Shown here piece after piece: positions 18,954 to 29,412 of a stretch of DNA of 64,000 bases. Below the pieces are notes generated by a model, which made no database searches, was not told the origin of the DNA, and worked only from the letters and a program-made list of their open reading frames with translations. The stretch's first letter is position 1. Every line of letters begins with the position of its first letter. The stretch lies in IMG/VR virus record IMGVR_UViG_3300025087_000689; one strand, written 5' to 3'. The stretch is from a virus (Duplodnaviria > Caudoviricetes). The position numbers were made by a program, and so were the translations under genes.

Positions 18954-21718
18954 TGAGTTATCTTTATTGGCCGTCTGGCTTAGCACCTTATACAGCTTAT
19001 ACACATATTACTGATAGAACTACTCAGTTAAATCATCAGTCTATTATGGATGGTTTAGCTAGAGATATAGGATGGCTCCAACATAATATTAACGCAACTA
19101 ATCTGTTTGCGTCTGGTTATGTTACACCGATCCTATCTGGCTTCTTTAGAAATATTGATACTAACTACCTATATGTGGATAGTGTACAGGTTCGTACTCT
19201 ATATCTATATAATATTATGAATCCCAATATGCCGGATATTGATATACTAGGAACTAATTTAAATGTCGTAGATGCTGCATTTAGAAATAATAATTTAACT
19301 GTATTGAATTCGTTTAGGGGTTTGGAAGAATTTAGTTTAAATTCTAGCGGATTTATATATAATCCTCCTTCTATATCTGGAGGTATATATGATTTCTATC
19401 TCGCGAGAAATGGGAATTCTAAATTACTGGGAGGTAGCGTTGGTAATTTTATTCTTAATAGTGGCAATATCAATGTTGATTCTAACCATAGAATAATCAT
19501 AGAAAACCTAGGTTCTTTTTCTCCTTCTGGTAGTATTAGTGAATCTGGTATATACTGGAATTCAATTACAGGTCACGACCATAGAGATAATAAAATTAAA
19601 GCGAGTACGATAATAGCAACTGATCTAACTTATAATACTGATGTTGAAATTATAACAGATGAAGGATTCATAGAAGTTACTAGTGGTGTATTAGATGCTA
19701 ATAAGTATTTTCTAGAAGTTTACTATGATAGTATAGGATTCCATGAAGTTGATTATTCCGTTAGTGGTGTTTATATATGCGATATACCTGCTTTAACTGG
19801 CAATGTATCTGAATTGGATATTGGTACGTGTCCCATGATATCTTATAATGGTAAAGTATATGCTGCAAGTTTAGCCACTCCAACTGGTAGTATAAACTTA
19901 TCTGATACATACATTTACTCATCGGAAGATTTTTATACATGGAGCGGAGTATTAGTCTCTGGTGATTATAGACCGATAGTATCGGGAATTGCCACGGTTG
20001 ATGGATTTGCTATAAATTCTAATGTCTTGTATTTCTTATGGAATTTACAAGTATCTAGTGGTAACTATTGCGACGCTCGTTCTATTGATAATATAAGTTC
20101 TGCTACGCCTATAAAGTATCATATTAGCGGGTTCGCTCATGGTTCTTCCCGATACGGACTTGGTATTTCATCTGTAGAAAATGCTATATTATTATACGGA
20201 TACGAGTATCCTCATATATACGAATCAGGTATTCCAAAATGGGATAACCATACTATATTGTATAATTACGATTTGGATAGATACGAATCTTATCAAACAT
20301 CTAACGAACATCAACATATATCATTTAGTGGAGTTCCATATAAATATTCGTTTCCTTTTATTCAAGGTTTTGATATGTCTTCTTTTGATTCATCTCTATT
20401 CTGGTTAGATGGAACATATTCTGGTGGTATAAGAGAACCATACTATACTGATGCACAGAATGATGGTGTTTTTAAAAATTTGGTCGCCCCTAGCAATACA
20501 TTTAGTGGGTACTTCGGTGCTTTTTTTGGTAATGGATTTAGTGAAATTAGTTCTATTTTATTAACAGAACTGTCATATCATAATGGACAACGTGGATTAA
20601 ATACAGTGTATATTAACAGTGCATCAGCGAAACAGATGTATGGTGATATTATAGAAAATTTTAGTGAGTCTCCTTTACTTATTTTTGGTAATTCGACCAT
20701 TGCGTGTAACACAACTTCTAGTGGAACTATATTTGGAGGTTGTATCCCACTAGTTATGGATATAGATAAAAGGTTATTATATAATATTGGTATTTCTGGT
20801 ATTCTAATAACTTCTCAAAATGTAGATTATAGTCCTAATATTTTACGTGGTTCGAAGAGTCTACTTGATACGTCTATATTGTTTAGAATTAATGCTTATC
20901 TGTATTTTCCTGGTGTTATTACAGGTGTTGGCAGTCTTATGGTTAGTAATCTTTTTAATTATGAGTTAGGTGAGGCTAGACTTTGGACTGATTATCGTTG
21001 GGTTTCTGGGCAAAGAACAGAATTAATTAATTTGTGTCCATGGGACCCAGGTTTGTTAACTGTACCTTTTGGAGGTGCTAGTGGTTTATACTATAAACAC
21101 GAGCACGATGTAACAACATCAAAAATTAATTATACATCTATGTTGGTCGAATCTAGTGGAATTATAATACCCTCATCTACATTTGTTCATCCTGGTAATT
21201 TTCCAACGTTTTATGATAGACCAACTAAAGATGGTTTCTGGAGTACAAAAACGTTTGATTGGTATTACATTCCTCAATCTGATTATTTTGGTCCTCCTAA
21301 TAGAGCATACACAAAGACTTATCATTATATGCGGCCTCGTTGTCCTGTTCAACATAATGGAGTAGTATATTCTATTCTTGAATTTAATACAGGATTTAAC
21401 TATATTGGTCCTGATGGTTCAGAATATATTGATGATGATATACTTTATAGTGATCTTATTAAATATGGTAATGCTGTATATGGAGTTGGAGTAAAAGTTA
21501 TATTGGATGATAGAGGTAATTATAATTATAGTTTAGTTCTTAGTACAATAAAAAGAAATGTTTCAACTCAAGTTCCATTGTCGCAGGGAATTAGCGGAGA
21601 TAAACAAACACCTAAGTTTTTAATCCATAAAGGTCTATTATATATAGGTATAGGCAATGGTAGATTCTTGGTGAAGAAACCATCACATATTGATTTATGT
21701 ATAACTTCTAATTTATAA
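18953..21718 (+). CDS. Tail-fibre-like protein 1 (HxH motif, beta-propeller-like blades)
   Basis: 921 aa. GHDH at 19571-19582. Repeated xxYNGxVY-type blades. About 25 SG. Confidence 0.55.
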   Translation: MSYLYWPSGLAPYTAYTHITDRTTQLNHQSIMDGLARDIGWLQHNINATNLFASGYVTPILSGFFRNIDTNYLYVDSVQVRTLYLYNIMNPNMPDIDILGTNLNVVDAAFRNNNLTVLNSFRGLEEFSLNSSGFIYNPPSISGGIYDFYLARNGNSKLLGGSVGNFILNSGNINVDSNHRIIIENLGSFSPSGSISESGIYWNSITGHDHRDNKIKASTIIATDLTYNTDVEIITDEGFIEVTSGVLDANKYFLEVYYDSIGFHEVDYSVSGVYICDIPALTGNVSELDIGTCPMISYNGKVYAASLATPTGSINLSDTYIYSSEDFYTWSGVLVSGDYRPIVSGIATVDGFAINSNVLYFLWNLQVSSGNYCDARSIDNISSATPIKYHISGFAHGSSRYGLGISSVENAILLYGYEYPHIYESGIPKWDNHTILYNYDLDRYESYQTSNEHQHISFSGVPYKYSFPFIQGFDMSSFDSSLFWLDGTYSGGIREPYYTDAQNDGVFKNLVAPSNTFSGYFGAFFGNGFSEISSILLTELSYHNGQRGLNTVYINSASAKQMYGDIIENFSESPLLIFGNSTIACNTTSSGTIFGGCIPLVMDIDKRLLYNIGISGILITSQNVDYSPNILRGSKSLLDTSILFRINAYLYFPGVITGVGSLMVSNLFNYELGEARLWTDYRWVSGQRTELINLCPWDPGLLTVPFGGASGLYYKHEHDVTTSKINYTSMLVESSGIIIPSSTFVHPGNFPTFYDRPTKDGFWSTKTFDWYYIPQSDYFGPPNRAYTKTYHYMRPRCPVQHNGVVYSILEFNTGFNYIGPDGSEYIDDDILYSDLIKYGNAVYGVGVKVILDDRGNYNYSLVLSTIKRNVSTQVPLSQGISGDKQTPKFLIHKGLLYIGIGNGRFLVKKPSHIDLCITSNL

Positions 21719-21726
21719 GGTAAATT

Positions 21727-24700
21727 ATGAATATATATCCAAGATTTATTCCACCTGGTTCTGGTTATGTTGATTATGAATCCATAAAGGATAATAAACA
21801 TATTGGATTATACTACCACATGGATTGGGATACGTCGAAAACAGGTCAACCTATAAGTTATTACCATCCTTATTACCTGCATCATATATACGATAATGTA
21901 TTATCGTTAAGAGATCCTGTTACCGCTGCCAGTATAGAACTCGGTATTGGTAAACATCTTTTAGAAGTTGTTAGATTTGCCAATGGTAATAATCTAGGAT
22001 ATAGTAATGAACGCGTTGGTGTTGGATATTTTCTACAGTTGGGTGTTTCTGGTAATCCTTCTTGGTGGCTTGGCAATAGTGGGTTATATTCAACTACTGT
22101 AAATTCCGGTATAGCTTGTGTTAGCATGAGTACCGATTATTTGATTGTAACTAGTGGTTATTTTAATGAAATGTCTAGATTCGCTATTGATGCATCTAAT
22201 AACGTGTTAGATATTAGTTCTGCTGGTTCCGGTTATATTGATAAGATCGATGATGTATTTGAACGCTGGTCATTTAGTTACGGTAATGTTTATACTATAG
22301 ATAGTATTAATCTTCTTAGTGGTGTACTAACTGTAGATAATTTGGGCAGTGGAAGCATGACAACTAGTAACGATATAACTTTCTTTAATAACCTATTAAT
22401 GAAAGATGTGAATGTTGGTTCTGGTATACTTTCTGGGTTTTTCGATACATATCAGCTAAATGGTGTCGATGATGAGAGTTTAGTTACTTATAATGTTAAT
22501 GGTCACTCACATAATTGTTCAGGTTGGTCGTCTACATCAACTGATACAATCATAGTTGGTAACACAATATTTGATGGAAGATATTTTTATAGTTTAAATA
22601 AAACTCAATTATTAAGATTAGATTCTAGACGTACTAGTATTAATTGGACTCCTATAAAATCATATACTTCTGCCAGAGTTACTTTTAATAGTTCTACTAG
22701 AGTTTATAAAGATAAAACTAATTTAAATGTAGTCAATAGTAATTGGGCTCCGCGAATAGATAATAAAGTTCCTATTGGAATTCCAAATGTTAAACTCGGT
22801 GATAAAGTTGCAACTATAAACGAACTTATAGTATATGGTTTTGTTGGAGATTCGCAATTACGAATCAGTGATGGTAGAACCTTTGCATTATCAGGTCCTA
22901 TACAATCACAAGATGAATTTTACTTTATTAATAATGATTTATATTTTATTCATAGTGTTGTTGGTTATGTTTATATATATCAGTTCAATGGTCTAGTTTG
23001 GAAAAACTGGAGTTACTCGTTAGGTAGAAACATCCTATACAGTTCATGTGTTTCAAATCATGAAGTTTTTTTAATACTTCAAGTTACCAGGTCTGGAGTG
23101 CAGGATGTTATATCTATTATTCGTTTTAATACACTTGGTATCTTTCGTAATTCTGGAAATTTTAAATTATTTGGAGTTTTAAAACAAGTAAGTATTCTTG
23201 ATCACGATATTTTTTGTTTGGTGAAAGATTGGAACGTTAATATTTTTAATGTATATATCTATAATTTTAATAGACCTATAATATATCAGAAGTTATTCTC
23301 AAATATACCAACAGGAACTTTATCAATATATTATAATTCAGTTTATAATATAGTTCAAGTTGGCAAATATAAGAAAAAAATATATAAAAATAAATCAACT
23401 TCACTTCCATTAGATGCGATTGGTGGTGTTTATAACTTAAAAAACAATATTGTAGTTAAAGGAACATTGAAATCTAATTCTACGATAATGGCTTTGTGTG
23501 CAGATTCCTTATTTCGAGAAATGAATCCTATTTATAAACATGTTTTTTTACTAGAACCTGGCAGAAATAACGAAACTAACTATTCATATGGCGGTAACTT
23601 CACCGATACATTTATAAATAGATATCTAATAGATAACTTTATAGTTAGAGCACATACTTATAATGATTTAACTTGTTCGATAGTATATAAGAATAGTTAT
23701 TATTTTGGACATAGAGGTGATATATCCACATTTCTTAAAACAAATAATAAATTTCAAATAGGTGTTCCTGCACCTAATATGAGTAAAAAGATTATTACTA
23801 AATTTTTACCAACTGATCAGTTTTTATATGCTCTTGTTCAAGACTTTGATATTTCTTATAAAGATTTTACCACTAATAAACCAGAGGCTCCTATATCTAA
23901 TGATCCAGAGGATTTGGATTTAGATACTAACTTTATACCATATATTCCTGGTCCATGGTCTATACCTGTAACTAGATTGTATAAAAAGGCAATTGATAAA
24001 AATACATGGATTGAAGATAAGAATTTTTCCCAATTATTTGGATTACGTTTAATAGATGCGATAACTTATGATAATAATTTATATGTTATAGCTCATAATT
24101 CTGCAGGTAGTGGAATTGTAACATCGAAATTTAATATAACAAATAACACAATAACCGAATTAAGTTTTAGTGGTGTATTAAAGTTAAATGAGAGTTTAGT
24201 TGGATCAAGTGAACGTAATACTACTTTATATGAATTCACACCACAGGTAGATGGAACATTCGTTAGAGATCTAACTACAAATGAGTATCCTTATGTGACG
24301 TCTGCCAACTTAAATGGTCATCATGAGTTTTATTTATATAATCATCCGTTTGGTCCTTATGTAGTTCATGATCAAGTAGAAATTCTTTATCAAGATATAC
24401 AACCAAGCAGTATCTATGGTCATAGACAGGCGACATCTTCTTCTGTTAGCAGTTATGACATGAAAAACACATCTAATAAATACCTTTATAGAACTATAGG
24501 TATTACTTTCTTAAGAGAAGAATATCCAAGACAAGGAGGATATCCACTTTCTTATTCTACAACCATGCAAACTCCTTATATGGATCTGAATAATCCAAAT
24601 ATTAAAATTCCTATCCAAAAAGATAATCCAATCATAATTACAACTAATCTAGAAGATGATAAATTTCTATTAAAAGATAAGATAACGCAATCATCAGTTA

Positions 24701-25536
24701 GAAATAATACTCATTTCGTTACTTCTATAACACACAATAAAAATATATATATAATAGTACAAGTAGATCAAAAACTTAAAATTTATTCAGTGAAAGATTT
24801 TAGTAATTATTTTTATAAAACAACACAGAAAACAGGGCCTACTTATTCTTATACAGTAGATGGAGCTGAAACAATATATGGAGATGGTGTAAGTTATGCC
24901 GGAATCATAGCTAACGAAAATTTTATACCTTCTGGTCAATATGGTAATACTGTTTTCTTAGATTTTGTTCCTTGTGAATTAAGCAACACTTTAGTAACCG
25001 AATTAGATTTGAGTATTATAGTAGGTGAAGAATCAACTCCATTGTATATTTTAGGTGATGGTGATGATTTATTTATAACAAAACCAAAATATGAAAACTA
25101 TAAACATAACAAAAGATTTTGTACTCATTCTACTATGGTTGTAGGTTCCAATGTTTACTTACCATTGACATGTCGTATAAAATATCCAACAGGTAAATTA
25201 CTAACATTTCTTTTAGGTTTTTTTAGTGATGGTTCTGTTGGATTAGTTGACAACAATAATATCCCTACTCAAATAGTAAGTAAACCAATAGGTAGGTCAC
25301 AATTCTTATATAAGGATGGTAAGTGGATAATAAGTGCTATGTCTATTGTCGATGGTCAACCAGAATATATATCGTACGAAGACATGAAAAAAGACCCTAT
25401 CTACGGTCCTATTATTCTTAAAAATACACCAGAATCATTTGGAAATATCTTTAATCCAAACACACCAAAGAAATGGATTATAGGAGAATATGATATTCAA
25501 ATAAATGATAACCTAAATGTCAGGGAGACATTCTAA
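21727..25536 (+). CDS. Tail-fibre-like protein 2 (HxH motif, beta-propeller-like blades)
   Basis: 1269 aa. GHSH at 22501-22512. SG-rich N-terminal ~270 aa. Repeated xxYxNxLY blades. Confidence 0.55.
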   Translation: MNIYPRFIPPGSGYVDYESIKDNKHIGLYYHMDWDTSKTGQPISYYHPYYLHHIYDNVLSLRDPVTAASIELGIGKHLLEVVRFANGNNLGYSNERVGVGYFLQLGVSGNPSWWLGNSGLYSTTVNSGIACVSMSTDYLIVTSGYFNEMSRFAIDASNNVLDISSAGSGYIDKIDDVFERWSFSYGNVYTIDSINLLSGVLTVDNLGSGSMTTSNDITFFNNLLMKDVNVGSGILSGFFDTYQLNGVDDESLVTYNVNGHSHNCSGWSSTSTDTIIVGNTIFDGRYFYSLNKTQLLRLDSRRTSINWTPIKSYTSARVTFNSSTRVYKDKTNLNVVNSNWAPRIDNKVPIGIPNVKLGDKVATINELIVYGFVGDSQLRISDGRTFALSGPIQSQDEFYFINNDLYFIHSVVGYVYIYQFNGLVWKNWSYSLGRNILYSSCVSNHEVFLILQVTRSGVQDVISIIRFNTLGIFRNSGNFKLFGVLKQVSILDHDIFCLVKDWNVNIFNVYIYNFNRPIIYQKLFSNIPTGTLSIYYNSVYNIVQVGKYKKKIYKNKSTSLPLDAIGGVYNLKNNIVVKGTLKSNSTIMALCADSLFREMNPIYKHVFLLEPGRNNETNYSYGGNFTDTFINRYLIDNFIVRAHTYNDLTCSIVYKNSYYFGHRGDISTFLKTNNKFQIGVPAPNMSKKIITKFLPTDQFLYALVQDFDISYKDFTTNKPEAPISNDPEDLDLDTNFIPYIPGPWSIPVTRLYKKAIDKNTWIEDKNFSQLFGLRLIDAITYDNNLYVIAHNSAGSGIVTSKFNITNNTITELSFSGVLKLNESLVGSSERNTTLYEFTPQVDGTFVRDLTTNEYPYVTSANLNGHHEFYLYNHPFGPYVVHDQVEILYQDIQPSSIYGHRQATSSSVSSYDMKNTSNKYLYRTIGITFLREEYPRQGGYPLSYSTTMQTPYMDLNNPNIKIPIQKDNPIIITTNLEDDKFLLKDKITQSSVRNNTHFVTSITHNKNIYIIVQVDQKLKIYSVKDFSNYFYKTTQKTGPTYSYTVDGAETIYGDGVSYAGIIANENFIPSGQYGNTVFLDFVPCELSNTLVTELDLSIIVGEESTPLYILGDGDDLFITKPKYENYKHNKRFCTHSTMVVGSNVYLPLTCRIKYPTGKLLTFLLGFFSDGSVGLVDNNNIPTQIVSKPIGRSQFLYKDGKWIISAMSIVDGQPEYISYEDMKKDPIYGPIILKNTPESFGNIFNPNTPKKWIIGEYDIQINDNLNVRETF

Positions 25537-27737
25537 TGTTCCAATTTCAAATATATCCTAGTGGTACTCTGGATAATTATAGATTAATGGTTAATAGTGC
25601 GTCTGGAGTATCTGCAATAATAGATAGTAGAATGGGTATTATTGAAGAATCGTTATCAGGGGTCGCTTTCTATATTAAGGCTATCAGCGATTATATAAAT
25701 ATAAATAACGTTGGGACGTCTGGCTATCCGATTACTTCTGGCTATTTTAATCATCTTGGTTATACATCATATGATTATATAGATGGTAGTAATTACCCTT
25801 ACGCTCCATCAGTAGATGGTATTATTTCTGGTGTTAATGTTATTTATACTTCTGGGTTTTATATTCAAACTTCTAATCCATCTATACAAAGTTTGGATGT
25901 TGGATCTGGTTTATTTAATAAAGTGTTCTTCGATGATGGATTTGTTGGTTATGTAACAATAAATAATTTTATTTTTACTGATGTTATTAAAAATTTATAT
26001 TCTGGTTATATTCCTACTGATCAGCAATTAAGATTTACTGATCTTAATAGATTATCATCTATCCAACCAACTATTAAAAACGAGGATGATTATCCTTTCT
26101 TATTGGGTAACACTGGCGTTCTTAATTCTATTGTTACTCGTCCAAGATTAAGATTATCTTTACGTGAATTTGGATTAATAAGCGGAACTTTAATTAACGA
26201 TAAACTTCAAATTAATAATCTTAATGGATTAAATGTATCAGGTAATCTATATATAGATGGTTCGTTAAAATTAGGTTTATCTGCTTATACTACTACATCA
26301 CCTGTAATATCTGAAACTTTATTTCAGATACGGGCTCATACACATGATGGTATTGGTTCTTCTGGTGTTTGTTTTTCAAGTTTTAACTCGATACAATCCA
26401 TTATTGATCATTTTACTTTAGTTCAATCTAGTGGTTCTATTAATATTCAAGGCGATTATAAAGGAAATAGCATTGGGCTAAATAGTAATTGGGAAATAAA
26501 AGATATTATAAATGCGGATAATATTCAGAAAATTCTTACATGTAAAGATAAAATGTATATAGTTGATAATAAAAAACTCTTTGATATCAATGATTCATCT
26601 AATGTAATTATCGCGACTCAGACAAATTTGCCAAGATCCCAAATAATTGCGACACCTACTGGCGATTCACCTGCATTAATAGAGTTAGTAAAAGGATATA
26701 ATCGTTCATTAAGTTCTGATGGAAGTGTAAGAAATGTTAGAATCACTACATTAAATAATAAAAAAACAAATATCATATCTTTTAGTTCTCGTGGAGTTGG
26801 ATATGGATTTAATACTATAATGAATAGAAAAGAGATACCAATCGATCAGGGTGTTAGGATTGGCAGACATTTATATATATCTTTTCTAGAAGTGATAGAT
26901 GGTACTAATTCTTTTAGTGTTTATGCTATAGATACTTTACGGACTCCAATGAATTCTAAATGTGTCGCATGTTTTAGAATTAGTGGAACTGATTGGAGAT
27001 ATTTAAAACCTGTTAAATATAAAAATTCTATACATTATTTTATACTAGATGATGCTGGAAATACTTACTGTTTAGTATATAATGTAATTTATAGACCTGG
27101 TATTAAATCATTTATTCCTATTGGGACTACATCTAGTATAACTGAAAATACATTCGAGTATGCTAGTGGCGATAGAGTTGGATTCAATGTCTTCGTATAT
27201 GATGGTACTATTCCAGCGATTAATGAATCCACCGGACTTGAATATGTTTCACTTAATATAGCTAATCTTAAAAGATATCCAATAGATTATACCTATTTTA
27301 ACGGCAAACCATATGTAAATGGTATTACTGAAACAGGTGCTTTCGCGTTTCAATTTACAACTCTTAAAAGAAATAGAGTTGCAATCTTTCCAAAAACTGG
27401 AAGTGGAACCACTTGTATTTCATATGTGGGTAAAATCTGGAGAGGAAACGCATTACATATAGGTAGAGACCCTACGAATAGAGATATAACATTAGATTAT
27501 CTATTAACTAGATTAGAGACTTTAACGGGATTAGCCAGTCCTTGGTTGATGAATCCTGTAATTTATCGAGGTTGGTTATATGCTGTAGCACCAACACAAA
27601 GTCTTTCTGTATGGCAATCCGCTGGTGGATTCGCAAGATATGATGTTATTGATGAATATCTTCCAGCTGGTTCTGTGATCGTACGCAGAAGAGCATCTGA
27701 AATAGATCTTGTTGAAATGCAAGCTTACAGTTTATAA
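25536..27737 (+). CDS. Tail-fibre-like protein 3 (HxH motif, beta-propeller-like blades)
   Basis: 733 aa. AHTHDG at 26334-26351. SG-rich N-terminal ~300 aa. The C-terminus resembles that of fibre 1. Confidence 0.55.
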   Translation: MFQFQIYPSGTLDNYRLMVNSASGVSAIIDSRMGIIEESLSGVAFYIKAISDYININNVGTSGYPITSGYFNHLGYTSYDYIDGSNYPYAPSVDGIISGVNVIYTSGFYIQTSNPSIQSLDVGSGLFNKVFFDDGFVGYVTINNFIFTDVIKNLYSGYIPTDQQLRFTDLNRLSSIQPTIKNEDDYPFLLGNTGVLNSIVTRPRLRLSLREFGLISGTLINDKLQINNLNGLNVSGNLYIDGSLKLGLSAYTTTSPVISETLFQIRAHTHDGIGSSGVCFSSFNSIQSIIDHFTLVQSSGSINIQGDYKGNSIGLNSNWEIKDIINADNIQKILTCKDKMYIVDNKKLFDINDSSNVIIATQTNLPRSQIIATPTGDSPALIELVKGYNRSLSSDGSVRNVRITTLNNKKTNIISFSSRGVGYGFNTIMNRKEIPIDQGVRIGRHLYISFLEVIDGTNSFSVYAIDTLRTPMNSKCVACFRISGTDWRYLKPVKYKNSIHYFILDDAGNTYCLVYNVIYRPGIKSFIPIGTTSSITENTFEYASGDRVGFNVFVYDGTIPAINESTGLEYVSLNIANLKRYPIDYTYFNGKPYVNGITETGAFAFQFTTLKRNRVAIFPKTGSGTTCISYVGKIWRGNALHIGRDPTNRDITLDYLLTRLETLTGLASPWLMNPVIYRGWLYAVAPTQSLSVWQSAGGFARYDVIDEYLPAGSVIVRRRASEIDLVEMQAYSL

Positions 27738-27746
27738 GAGGATAAC

Positions 27747-29363
27747 ATGGCAATTAAACCAACGAAGATAAATATATGGAATGCTTTTGATGAGTTTGGA
27801 ATTCTAGCTGGATTAGCTCATTGGTCTGAAGATGGAAAGACATTAACTAATGTTAGATATCCTGGCGAAACTAACAAACTTTTAAAAGATAGAATCATTA
27901 CTGCAAATAAATATCGCGGCAACTCTACCATTCAAGGTTTAATTAATAACATATCTCGAGATCTAAGCATTTCTGTTTCTGGTACAGCCAACTATCCAAT
28001 TTATAATACTGAAACTAAACGATTCTTTTATCTGTCGGAACCACCTTATCCCAGTGCTTCTGGTATTCGAGTATTTGTGTCTACTTCTGGTAGTTGGTCT
28101 TCATCTAATGAAGTTGGACCTCAAGTAAGAGCATCTGGTTATGATGATGCCGTATCTGGTTGGATAGTGTGGAACGCAAGTGATTTCAATCCCGATCTCA
28201 TTCCGTCTGGATTACCAGGTTCTTCTGGTTGGTATGCTCAACGAAATGATTTAGAACACTATCCTTCTGGTATTCAGGTGGGAGAATACACTCAGATACT
28301 CGAATTTATTAGCGGGAGTATTCCAAATACAGGAGAAAGAATTAGAGTAGATTATCAGGTTCAAACCGGAGTTAATCTTTATGGGGAACCCACAATAGAT
28401 TGGAGAACAGACTTTAGTAATATAGATGATGTTAATGATCTGTCTTTTATTGGAAAGAAGTCTGAGTATCCAACTAATAAAACAGATTATGACACCTTTA
28501 AAGTTAATCATATAAGTATATTTAGCCTGAATGAATTAGCAAATCCTGCAATATCTGGCATCTTTTTTGACGCTAGTGGACGTGCTACTGATAAGTATAT
28601 TCAAATCGCCAGTATCGTAAATAATGAATATCCTTTAACTTGGGGTAAGTTTAAATATGACGTTGGTAGATGGGACCAGCTAGAGATGGCATCAGTTGGT
28701 TCAATTCCTTCCTTCCACGACGGGTCTGTAGCCCTTCTATCAGGTGCTGTCATTCAAGGTGGATCCAAGTATGGAATCGATTTAGACTGCGTAGAACTGC
28801 GTCCTAGTGCGTCTGGGACACGTTCTCCTTGGTATCCTATTCTAGTTCCAGGAGAATTTTATATTAATAATGAAAGCTTCTATCTTTTTGGTTCTATGCA
28901 GTACCAAGTACTAACTCTTAGTGAAGCGGGTGGTATTTATTCTGGTAATTTAACTGGGTCTTCTTCTGGTTGGCCATATAGACTTGGTGTAATTTCTGCC
29001 TATTCATCTGGAAGATTCTTTGATGAAGTTTCAGGTCAATTACCTAACAATCCTTATTTCAAGAGGTTACATGACTTTATTAATGTTGTTTCTGGTGTAT
29101 ATTATAGAACTCCTTATATTACATATAGTTCTGGGTTCGATCCTAGTGGACTTATGTTTAATGGTAATAACTTTTACTATGACTATGATTCTGGTGCTAT
29201 ATATGCTTCGGGTGTTGACCCAACGGGATTCGTTGTAACTTGGGAAGATCCTGGTGTATATACGTCTGGTATTTTAGTTATATACTCTGGTGGGTATCAG
29301 CTAACAACATTCGATTTCAATCCATTAACTGATCCTTTTGATAAGTTAATATATTTGGAATAA
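27747..29363 (+). CDS. Baseplate wedge-like (P2 gpI-type N-terminus) structural protein, Ser-Gly rich
   Basis: N-terminal FDEFGILAGL...RYPGETNKLLKDRI...NSTIQGLINNISRDL resembles the LD.lG...R..GE.D...R.RI...T..G wedge motif. About 24 SG. Confidence 0.55.
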   Translation: MAIKPTKINIWNAFDEFGILAGLAHWSEDGKTLTNVRYPGETNKLLKDRIITANKYRGNSTIQGLINNISRDLSISVSGTANYPIYNTETKRFFYLSEPPYPSASGIRVFVSTSGSWSSSNEVGPQVRASGYDDAVSGWIVWNASDFNPDLIPSGLPGSSGWYAQRNDLEHYPSGIQVGEYTQILEFISGSIPNTGERIRVDYQVQTGVNLYGEPTIDWRTDFSNIDDVNDLSFIGKKSEYPTNKTDYDTFKVNHISIFSLNELANPAISGIFFDASGRATDKYIQIASIVNNEYPLTWGKFKYDVGRWDQLEMASVGSIPSFHDGSVALLSGAVIQGGSKYGIDLDCVELRPSASGTRSPWYPILVPGEFYINNESFYLFGSMQYQVLTLSEAGGIYSGNLTGSSSGWPYRLGVISAYSSGRFFDEVSGQLPNNPYFKRLHDFINVVSGVYYRTPYITYSSGFDPSGLMFNGNNFYYDYDSGAIYASGVDPTGFVVTWEDPGVYTSGILVIYSGGYQLTTFDFNPLTDPFDKLIYLE

Positions 29364-29374
29364 GATGGAATTTT

Positions 29375-29401
29375 ATACTAGAAAATTAGTATAAATATAT
29401 A
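29375..29401 (+). promoter_or_regulatory. Class B bipartite promoter-like motif ATACTAG-N12-AATATATA
   Basis: Intergenic. Shares TTATACTAGAAAAT with the copy at 14040. Also contains TATAAATA (29390-29397). Confidence 0.65.
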
Positions 29402-29412
29402 CGAGGACTTTG

